This document shows, in pieces, positions 45,873-54,118 of a stretch of 64,000 nucleotides of DNA (the first letter of the stretch is position 1; each line of letters starts with the position of its first letter). This stretch comes from Rhodothermales bacterium (GTDB lineage Bacteria; Bacteroidota; Rhodothermia; Rhodothermales; Bin80). Below the pieces are notes generated by a model. It was given only the letters and a program-made list of their open reading frames with translations, searched no databases and was not told where the DNA came from. The stretch spans positions 965,395 through 1,029,394 of the forward strand of contig CATQHT010000001.1 in NCBI GenBank assembly GCA_958296045.1, written 5' to 3'. The position numbers and the translations under genes were made by a program.

Positions 45873-47239
45873 ATGTCTAAGCTGCCTGCTCTTTCTGCTT
45901 CCAGCCGATGGTAGTTCTCACTGGCCGCAGCCATGATTCTCGGCGCTGCCGCCTGCGCCAGCATCCACATCAGCACAGATCCGCTTCCTCCCGGTGCGTC
46001 GAAGGTGGCCCAGGTTGAGGCTTAGTACGAAGAGGCTCTTGTCCAGACCCAGGAGCGGGCTCTTGGCAAGTTTAGTAATGCCGAGGTCCTAGAGGCCATG
46101 GTGGCGAAGTACCCACCCGACTGGTCGCAGGCCGTCACGTTGGGTTTGGGCGATGGCATTACGCGTGTTACCACGGTACTTGGCCCAGGTCAGCCTGCCA
46201 CCACCCATTCTCACAGCGAGCTCGGAGCTGTGCGGACGATTTCGGTGGACATCAATCCGCAGGATGAGGTGGTCGGTTCTCGGCTGCTGGAGTTCGTCAG
46301 TCCTGATTCCCTGGATCCCGATCGTTTCACGGACTACGTGCGTCAATGGTAGGATCGGGACTTTGGCGATCTACGAATGCTGATCAGCGAGTACAATATC
46401 GCCTATGAGGCCAAAATCTGTGAACGTTACACGCCCGGGGAGGGGTTTGAGCCGGTCGAACTGACTCTGAATGAAGTTTCGGGGGCAGGCAAGACGCACG
46501 GTACGATTTACTGCTGGGTGACCGACGTTGTTGAAGGTTGGATATGCGTAGACCCTCCGTACACGGGGGATGATCCGGGCGATGGCGAAGGGGAGTGCAC
46601 CTTAGCTTCGGTGGATATCTATATCACCTGTGTTGAATTCGATGACCCGGGCGGGGGCGATGGTGGGGGTGATGGTGGAGGGAGCGGCGGCGGGGGGGCG
46701 ACGACGGCGAAGATGAGGAGGAAGACTGTTCTTGCAGCGAAGCAGTCCCCTGCGCGATGGAGGCGGAATATGACTCGTTGAGCGTTGAGTTCACCATCGC
46801 CTGCGACTGGTTCACCCGGAATGGGGGATCGGATAATTTTTCTTGGCCGGAGCTGAACGGGTACTGGGCGGGTGGCAACGAAGGAACGCACAACCCGTGG
46901 GGGTATATCACCTCAGGTATTCCGGGGATGCTGGAGACTCTACGTGCCACCGCTCTGGCCGATACCTTCCTGAATATCAACTTGCTGCCGCTTTCTAGCG
47001 GCTATCGATGTCCCGTGGGGAATACTAATGTGGGAAGCAGTGCACCGACCAGAAGTCGGCATATGGCGGGCCGGGCCATCGATATATCTACCCGGCAGCT
47101 TTGGGAGAGTTTGTCCGAGTCTGAGTGGCGGGCGCGATACAACGCCCTTCGTGACCTTGCGTCCCTAGTCGGCTTCGATTATGAGGGCCTTACCTTTGAC
47201 ACGTATGGTGACCACCACCTCCACATTTCCATCGAGTAA
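45873..47239 (+). pseudogene. lipoprotein with C-terminal peptidase-M15-like domain, carrying three in-frame TAG codons and one frameshift
   Basis: One frame reads MSKLPALSASSRW*FSLAAAMILGAAACAS...VEA*YEE...(46098 ORF)...RQW*DRD...(46377 ORF)...GGGSGGGG. A shift inside G7 (46692-46698) then joins the 46757 ORF, whose SGYRCPVGN...SRHMAGRAIDI...GDHHLHISIE resembles Zn D,D-carboxypeptidase/peptidase M15 motifs. Confidence 0.6.
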
Positions 47240-47438
47240 TCCTGGGACGCCATGAGCGGCTTCCTTTTCTGCTTAATGCTGGGTATGGTATGGCCGCTTT
47301 CGGAGGTGGCTGCCCAACGGCCTCGAGTGCCATCTAGCGAGGAGGACATCGTAGCCGCCCTTCGGAGCACGGACATCAAGACCATAGACTTGGGGATAAG
47401 CGGCGCCATGCGTATTGGGCCTAAGGGCTGGCGAAAAT

Positions 47439-48731
47439 TTAACCTATCTGCCTAGTTGGCCGGTGGTCAATTTCGCCTGCACTCGTGGGTGCGCAACACC
47501 CCTGCGGATGCCGCTCACGAGCACGATTCTGTACACTCCCCAGACCTGCCACAGCATCCAACAGCGGATGCCGCTCAGCGTCCGGGTGAGCAGACACATG
47601 TTGCGCGTACGATAGGCTCGCCGCCCATCCATTAGGGCAAAGGCCCCGATACAACACGTTCAACGCCGCGTTAACGTCGCGGCACTGGGTCTTTCCGCAC
47701 GTGGCACAACGATGCTTCCTGTCAGCCAGGCGTAGCCTTTCCTCTGGCTTGTGATGGCAAGCGCTGCATCTCTGCGTTGTGTCGTTCGGCGGAACCAGCT
47801 CCACCTTGCCGCCAAGCAAAGCGGATTTGTACTTCAACAGCTGTACCAATTCGTACAGCCCTTGCGCGCGCATCGATCGGTTCAGCCCCGTCTTGCGGCT
47901 GCCACCGGCGCGTGTCATGCGTCCTACTTTCAGGTCTTCCAGAAACAGATTCGCGGATCGCTTGACGACGTCGGCCGCCACCTCGTGGCGGTACCCGCGG
48001 TTGCGTCTTACTACTCGCTCGGCCTCCTTGCGCCAAGCACCAAACCGCTTTCGGCGCAGACGCGTGCCTTTCTTCGTCTTAGCAGCCCGACGCTGCAAAG
48101 CGTCCCTGCGGGGCTCACTCTTTTTGATGGGCGCGTAGCTCTTTCCATCCGCCAGCGTCGCGATGGCCTTGCAGCCAAGGTCCACGGCCATCGGTGTGTC
48201 TGCGCAGCTGTTCTCTGGCGCCTCGGGGCGCTCGTACACGACTTGAATCGTGTATTCGGTACCCAGCGACGACCGCACGATGCGTACGAACTTGCAGCCG
48301 TAGCGCTTGATCAGCCCGCGCCTATCGGTGAAACGGACGTACCCGACGCCCTTGATGCGAACGCGATAGTCTTGGCGCCTGACGCGTTCGGGCTTTCGTG
48401 GCAGCCTGAAGCTCTTCACCAAGTCGCCGCTGAAACGCGGCGGGCGCGCATGGTGCTTATTGAAAAAGTGCTTGTAACCCTCCGCCACGCCCCTGATCAC
48501 AGAACGCTGCTCAGTCACGCCGAACTCGAGATTGCGCTCATCGGCGTTGCGGGCGGCCGTCCAGAGCTTCGTCAATGTGAAATAGCTCGGATGCTTCTCT
48601 GCTGCCTTGTGTGCGTTGCGGCATTGTTGGACCGCCCAGTTGCGGACCCACTTACCGTTAACGAACATCCGCCGCAGGCGGGCATAGCCCGCCTTCTTTG
48701 TATAGCAGCGGTATGTCTGGCTCAGTAGCAA
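47439..48731 (-). CDS. tnpB: TnpB/OrfB-family RuvC-like RNA-guided nuclease homolog
   Basis: RuvC-I MAVDLG, RuvC-II FLEDLK, Zn-finger CSACHHKP...HRCATCG and RuvC-III RDVNAALN in canonical order. The C-terminal ~70 aa run into the element terminus and are probably RNA-coding sequence read through. Confidence 0.85.
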   Translation of the reverse strand: MLLSQTYRCYTKKAGYARLRRMFVNGKWVRNWAVQQCRNAHKAAEKHPSYFTLTKLWTAARNADERNLEFGVTEQRSVIRGVAEGYKHFFNKHHARPPRFSGDLVKSFRLPRKPERVRRQDYRVRIKGVGYVRFTDRRGLIKRYGCKFVRIVRSSLGTEYTIQVVYERPEAPENSCADTPMAVDLGCKAIATLADGKSYAPIKKSEPRRDALQRRAAKTKKGTRLRRKRFGAWRKEAERVVRRNRGYRHEVAADVVKRSANLFLEDLKVGRMTRAGGSRKTGLNRSMRAQGLYELVQLLKYKSALLGGKVELVPPNDTTQRCSACHHKPEERLRLADRKHRCATCGKTQCRDVNAALNVLYRGLCPNGWAASLSYAQHVSAHPDAERHPLLDAVAGLGSVQNRARERHPQGCCAPTSAGEIDHRPTRQIG

Positions 48732-48733
48732 GG

Positions 48734-48928
48734 CTACGGGCGCTCTCGTGGGTCGGCTTTCAGGCGTGCAGTCTGGGCAGCCCGAATCCGCTTCGAGTAC
48801 GCAATCAGGGCTTCATCGACAACGGCTCGGCGCACGACGTCCGTGTACGGCGCCCCTTCGCGCAGGGCAAGACCGAAAGCAGCGTAAAGGGAGCTACGTG
48901 AATCGCAAAGAAGGACTATTTCCGACAT
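48734..48928 (-). CDS. small ORF upstream of tnpB (possible ribbon-helix-helix-like protein)
   Basis: 64-aa ORF ending 2 nt before the tnpB TTG start, inside the element. The short beta-strand-then-helices pattern (IVLLCDSRS / LYAAFGLALREG / TDVVRRAVVDEALIAY) is only suggestive. Confidence 0.3.
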   Translation of the reverse strand: MSEIVLLCDSRSSLYAAFGLALREGAPYTDVVRRAVVDEALIAYSKRIRAAQTARLKADPRERP

Positions 48929-49984
48929 TCAGGCAGGCGAGAGCGGTTATCGACGTGCATAGCATCTACGCAGTTACGGAGCCGATGGTTCCGGTCAGGA
49001 TAAGTTAATATTTCGCCAGCCCTAAGCAGTGGACGCCCACGATACGCCGCGCGATACTCTACGCACTAGAGAGTGAGATGCGACGGGACGAAGAGGCCAT
49101 TCGCGCGGGGGTGCAGCGCTTCACCGACGACAACTTGCAGGGACCCCTTTCACGCTTGGCGGCTGTTATGCAGGATCCTGCAGCGATTCCCTTGCTGGCG
49201 TTAACAGCGGACGCCACGCAGCGTGCCGCTCTGATTGCTTTCGGACGACAGGCTCTGCCCGACTTGATGCGCGTGGCTCGCGAGGAAGACTGTTTTTGAT
49301 TCAATAAAGGCTCTGATCATGTTACGTCAGATGGTGCAGGCGCGCGGTTTGGAATATTTCACTCCGCAGGAGCGGGCTCAGCTGAAGGCTGTTGGTGGCC
49401 TGTATCTGTCACCCAGCTCACCTACGAATCCGAAAATGTATTACGCCGCCGGGCTTCTACTGGTACTAGAGGATGCGGAGGCCCGTAGTTGGGTTGTGGG
49501 CCGGGGAAATGAGAGAGTACAGGACCTGCTGGACGGCGCGCCCCCGTTGCCATTACTGGGCAAGCCCCTGTCCGAGATTCTGGCTGGGTATCGCGAAATG
49601 TACGGCCACCACTGGGACCAATAGCTCTAGCCCTGCCCAATACCCATAAGGGACATCTTAACTCTTGAAGTCGCGCTGCTTACTATGGTGCCTGTCAGAG
49701 AATAACGCGTTTCGGGCGTCTGAGTACCTGGAGTAAGGTCGGAGGCTTGCTGGGGGCCCGATGGGGACGCTGGTCTCAGCGATGGGAGGGGTGACAGGTG
49801 AGCTGTGCGGCCATTTCTGACCCTCAACTAGGCTTCGTTCGCTCCTGGCGGCGTAGAGAGGAGGATACCGGAAGGTTGCAAAAATGCTCGACAGAAAGCT
49901 GTTGGTGGCAGTCCGCAATCGGTGCGTGCATTTCATCGATCTGACCTGCATTATGCTACACCCAATGCGAGCACAGCGAGTGCT

Positions 49985-50851
49985 ATGGGCTATTTCGCGT
50001 GGATATTCTTGACTTGTACGTTTCTGTTGGCTCAACCTTCGCCAGCGCAGCAGACGCCTGACCAGGCGGCCATCGCCGAGAAGCTGCGGAGCTCGGAGAT
50101 AGACATTATCCAGGAGGGTATCAGCGCTGTCAATCGTATCCCCCATTGGGAATGGACACCGGAGCTACGTGACGCGATACTCTATGCACTAGAGGCGGAG
50201 CACCGACGGGATCGCGAAGCTATGCAGGCTAAGGAGTATCGATTTGCTGACGAAAACTTGGCCATATCTTTGACAGATTTTGCGATGGTTATGCAAGCTC
50301 CTGCGGCCATTCCAATGCTGGTAACTCGATGCAGGCGGGATCATGACGCCTGGGCCGCGCTAGTGGCCTTCGGGCGCCAAGCCTTAAGCGAGGTAATACG
50401 GGTTGCACGAGATGAAGATGGCACGGGTTTTGATTTGGACATCAAGGACTGCATTATCGCGTTGCGCCAGATGGTGCAGGTAAAAGGTGTGGCGTATTTC
50501 ACGGCCGAGGAGCTTCGTGAGATAAAGGCGGTTGCTGCCTTGTACCTTGCGCCAGACACAAGTCCGTTGCGTCACGATTGGAGTGCGACCACACGGGAAA
50601 TAACCACTAACCATGCAGCCGGGCTGCCACTGGTCCTTGAAGATGCAGAGGCTCGCTCATGGGTCGTACGCCTGGCATCAGATAGAGCAGCAAGTGAGGC
50701 CTGGATCGGGTTTGAAGACTCGTTCGGAGGTGGAGTCTCGGCGACCTGGTCTCGGCGTGAACTAAGGAAGCTGTTGGATGGAGAAGAATTGCTGCCGCGT
50801 CCGGTGCCATTCTCAGAGTTCCTCAAGCACTGGAATGAGCGTTACAGGTAA
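49985..50851 (+). CDS. secreted repeat (HEAT-like?) protein, intact paralog of the disrupted gene at 47252-49624
   Basis: Signal MGYFAWIFLTCTFLLAQPSPAQ. Collinear similarity to the pseudogene pieces (ILYALE.E, AAIP.L, ALVAFGRQAL, VARDED, LRQMVQ, LVLEDAEARSWVV). Function unknown. Confidence 0.65.
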   Translation: MGYFAWIFLTCTFLLAQPSPAQQTPDQAAIAEKLRSSEIDIIQEGISAVNRIPHWEWTPELRDAILYALEAEHRRDREAMQAKEYRFADENLAISLTDFAMVMQAPAAIPMLVTRCRRDHDAWAALVAFGRQALSEVIRVARDEDGTGFDLDIKDCIIALRQMVQVKGVAYFTAEELREIKAVAALYLAPDTSPLRHDWSATTREITTNHAAGLPLVLEDAEARSWVVRLASDRAASEAWIGFEDSFGGGVSATWSRRELRKLLDGEELLPRPVPFSEFLKHWNERYR

Positions 50852-52816
50852 GGCACGAGCAGTCAATGGATTCTTGCCCGGTCGAGACCCCTGCCGTTCA
50901 TCCTATTGCATTCGTGCGCTATTTCTTGATAGCGGGTCCACACGTACTTTGGTATCCCACATCCTTGGTGACTGGCGGCCTGCAGGCTGTCGCTGGATCA
51001 CCCATGCGAAAGAGTTCGTAGAAAACTACTGGTATAGCGTGCACATCTATGGCGATCCCGCACTACGCTTGAGAGTGGTTATAGGCCAAGGGAGTGTGCA
51101 CATGAGGCATGCCTGCGCTACCATCCTGGGTGGTCATGGTTGGACTTCGCATAAGATCCTGGAGCAAAAAGCCCTTTGGTAATGAGTGAGACATTGCTTC
51201 GCCACTTTGCGCCCAGCGTTGCCCAGCTTCGCGCTGCTAAAGGCAGGCCTTTGATAGTCGCGGACCTCGAGGAAATTGACTTCTTCAAAGATGCAGGCAC
51301 CGATTACCCGTTTCGCAATAAAAACTTCGTGAGTCAAGAGGTTGATCGCGCCTGCAACTGCAGCATGTCGCTGCGTCCGCCCTACTCTGCTGAGTGGATG
51401 CAGAGTCTCTTTCGAATGGAAGCCGCCTTAAAGCACCCTGGCAAGAATATGCGGTTCGCCTGCCCGGTCCATGTGCGCACGGTAGCTGCGGACCTTCTGG
51501 GATGCGATTGACCGTAGCTGCACTGGCTGATCGGATCGCGTCAGGAAGAAGGATGGCTGGCACCACGCGCCTGCCTTGTGCGCAGCAGGGATACAGCCCA
51601 GCCCTTCAGGACTCCTCGCCCGCCGAAGCTTCAATCAGTGCATTCCTTGGGGCGGAGGTAAACCGCAGTGCGGACATGTGCCAACCGCTCTCCAGCATGC
51701 CGCGGCACCTCGCTACTGTGAGGATCAGACACGGCATCTCAATCGACCCGAGGCCGAAGACAAGTGCTCCCCGGGCGTCCCTTGTGACCACATCCTGGCG
51801 GGCATGGCTAAGCCTGTTGCTGGCGGTATTGACCCAAGAATTCCGGTGGCAGTTTCAACGGCCCAGCACCACAGTAAAACCGCACCGCAGAATTGATCGG
51901 TTCAGGAGTCAAAGCCGAACGGGAAAACGATATGGCCTCCCAACGCTCCAAATACAATCTCTGCGACATTCATGTCTTACGCGAACATAGCGGTCACTAA
52001 GCCGATCAATTCTTTGCGACGCCACGCATCAGCGAAGTTGCCTGTACGCGATCTATAGGCAAGCACAAGCCTACCACGTTTGCAATGGTGCGGCACTCTG
52101 GGGCGGTCCAACGCTCGTCCCTTTGCCCGACGCAAATGCCAGATAGGGTATTACCGCGATGCCCAACTGATATTGGTTAGACTGTCAGCACGCTGAGCCG
52201 CGCGCCCCTGCATTCAACGAGCGGAGACTGGGCAGCTCCGATCTGATTAGCCAAGGCCTTAATTGACAGTGCTCACTCAGCTGAGGCACGAATAGCCTGA
52301 ATCCCGCCGATGCCATGACGTAAGGGTAAACAATCACATCAGTCCGCAAGCCCCCTGTAGAGACCTCTGGACTCCGACGGACTTCTAATTTGCTCTTGTA
52401 AAGCGGCCGAGTCCAAGCTATATCGATCCGTTAAATGGCGTACTCCAACTGCACACTGGTCCAAACCTCTATCATCAGTAATGGAGCCGGCCCGTGCCCG
52501 TCAACATGGCGGCATGCCCAGCAATCATACTCCGTACCATCCGAATGCGAACCGATTCCAGATGGCCATAAGACCGTCGATCTCAATTCCGCTGACGCGT
52601 GTACCGTAGCTGATTCAATACCCGTCCAACAATAACTGGCAGCACGCCAGTCGTCGCATTACCATGAATGCACAGCACCTGTAGCGCTCGCGAATTCAAC
52701 CCGCATGCCAGACACCAAGCTCCCCCACCCCACAGTGACTGAAAACATCAGCGGAGCCGCACTCTGGGATGGCTGCGCGGTAACCTATGCGAAGAAAACA
52801 GACTCGCCAGCCGGTG

Positions 52817-52892
<76 letters not shown>

Positions 52893-52935
52893 ACCCCCGT
52901 ATACAGGTCGCCTATTTGCCGGTTCCATTATTTGC

Positions 52936-53997
52936 ATGCGCGAATGCTTCCACACCATAATTGTGGGATCTGGCTTGGCTGGTGCATTCAGCGCTTTGAC
53001 GCTCAGCAGATCCCGGCATGTGCTCCTGCTTGAGGCTCAAGAAAGACCCTCTGGCGCATCCCAGGTAGCTGCCGGCATCGTAAATCCGTTCGCTGGCCTG
53101 CGGAGCCGCCCGATGTGGCGGGGCCTTGAAGCCCTGGAGAGCCTGAATGCGCTGGTAAAAGAAGCTGGCGCGGAACATACCTACAACCGTTGTGGCGTGC
53201 TGCGCCCGTGCGCAGACGAAGATCAGGCCGAGGCAATGCGCGACATAGCACACAGGTACCCCCGCTTTGCGCGGTGGATTGCCGATGTTGCAGCGGAGGA
53301 AGCCTTCGCCGGTGTCACCGCGCCCGATGGTGCACTGCAACTCAACAGCGGCGGAATAGTCGACACCCCAGCCTTCATCAATGCCGTGCTCGCAGCCGCC
53401 GAGGATCGTGGGGCCACCTTAAAGACCGGTGCGGTAGTCACCTCGTGGAAGGCGACCACAAGTCAAGTGACTGTCTGGACCCGCAGCGGAGAGAGTTTTG
53501 CGGCGCAGCATGTGCTCCTATGCACCGGAAGCCGGTACCCGGCATTTGAGGCGCTACGAACACTGCATCTGCACTGCACCAAAGGCCAAGTAGTCCGTAC
53601 GGTGCGCCCGCCCGGATGCACACTAGCAATGCCCGTCACAGGCCGTGGGTACATAGTGCCCGTGAAGAATGGACTCCTCGTAGGTACAACCTATGAGCGG
53701 GGATACGCATCAGAGGCTCCGACAGCGACAGCCTCCCGCTACATCCTGCGCCAAGCGTCTGCCATGATGCCCGGACTGCAGCAAGCACAGGTAGTAGCGG
53801 CGGCCGCGGGCGTGCGGGTAGGCGTTCCCGGTACGCGCCTGCCGATGGTAGGACCCATATCAGAACGGGCGTGGATCTTTACAGGACTCGGATCCAAAGG
53901 GCTCCTCCTAGGCGCGGTTATCGCCCAACTGCTACCCTCATGGCTTTCGTCACCAGACACCATTCCGCCTGAACTTCGCGTCAGGTGGAGCAACTGA
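52936..53997 (+). CDS. FAD-dependent oxidoreductase (DAO family)
   Basis: N-terminal dinucleotide-binding motif TIIVGSGLAGAFSAL..LLLE. Size and C-terminal GLGSKGLLLG are typical of DAO-family enzymes. Confidence 0.75.
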   Translation: MRECFHTIIVGSGLAGAFSALTLSRSRHVLLLEAQERPSGASQVAAGIVNPFAGLRSRPMWRGLEALESLNALVKEAGAEHTYNRCGVLRPCADEDQAEAMRDIAHRYPRFARWIADVAAEEAFAGVTAPDGALQLNSGGIVDTPAFINAVLAAAEDRGATLKTGAVVTSWKATTSQVTVWTRSGESFAAQHVLLCTGSRYPAFEALRTLHLHCTKGQVVRTVRPPGCTLAMPVTGRGYIVPVKNGLLVGTTYERGYASEAPTATASRYILRQASAMMPGLQQAQVVAAAAGVRVGVPGTRLPMVGPISERAWIFTGLGSKGLLLGAVIAQLLPSWLSSPDTIPPELRVRWSN

Positions 53998-54118
53998 ATT
54001 CAAAGTAAATTGGCCGTGCAAGCCACTAACGTTCGAGCGCTTCACGTTACTTTTCGCTGCACAGCCTTGCCGATAGGTAAGACGGCCATTTCCTGTCACA
54101 CGTTACGCTCTGCCCAGT

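Larger units (their letters stand above)
47426..49021 (-). mobile_element. 1596-bp TnpB-only insertion element (IS200/IS605-related cargo) with 18-bp imperfect inverted termini
   Basis: Termini are GGCTGGCGAAAATTTAAC (47426-47443) and GTTAATATTTCGCCAGCC (49004-49021), 16/18 complementary. CTAAG occurs immediately outside both ends (47421-47425, 49022-49026). The element interrupts an otherwise continuous reading frame. Confidence 0.8.
47252..49624 (+). pseudogene. secreted repeat protein gene (paralog of 49985-50851) disrupted by a TnpB element and by a frameshift
   Basis: Signal MSGFLFCLMLGMVWPLSEVAAQ. The frame runs to 47425. After removing 47426-49026 it continues in frame (..RIGPK|QWTPTIRRAILYALESE..), collinear with the paralog (..RIPHWEWTPELRDAILYALEAE..). 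A second lesion near 49285-49300 (T5 tract) shifts to the 49319-49624 frame (..LRQMVQARGLEYFT.. versus the paralog's ..LRQMVQVKGVAYFT..). Confidence 0.75.

Noticed and set aside
45912-46352. Genetic-code reassignment or pyrrolysine decoding of TAG.
   Set aside because: TAG is used as the terminator of neighbouring well-supported genes (for example 3992-3994, 6318-6320 and 1615-1617). No pyl genes or suppressor tRNA are seen in the window. The gene also carries a frameshift, so pseudogenisation is more parsimonious.
46640-46700. Short GGTGGGGGTGATGGTGGAGGG-type periodicity, considered as a tandem repeat or CRISPR-like signal.
   Set aside because: It encodes a Gly/Asp linker (GGGDGGGDGGGSGGGG). 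It has no spacer-repeat architecture. No CRISPR array is present anywhere in the window.
51176-51511. 111-aa ORF (MVMSETLLRHFAPSVAQLRAAKGRPLIVADLEEIDFF...) as a real gene.
   Set aside because: Its composition is protein-like, but I recognise no family. It is embedded among mutually overlapping fragments on both strands, so I mention it only within the debris-region finding.
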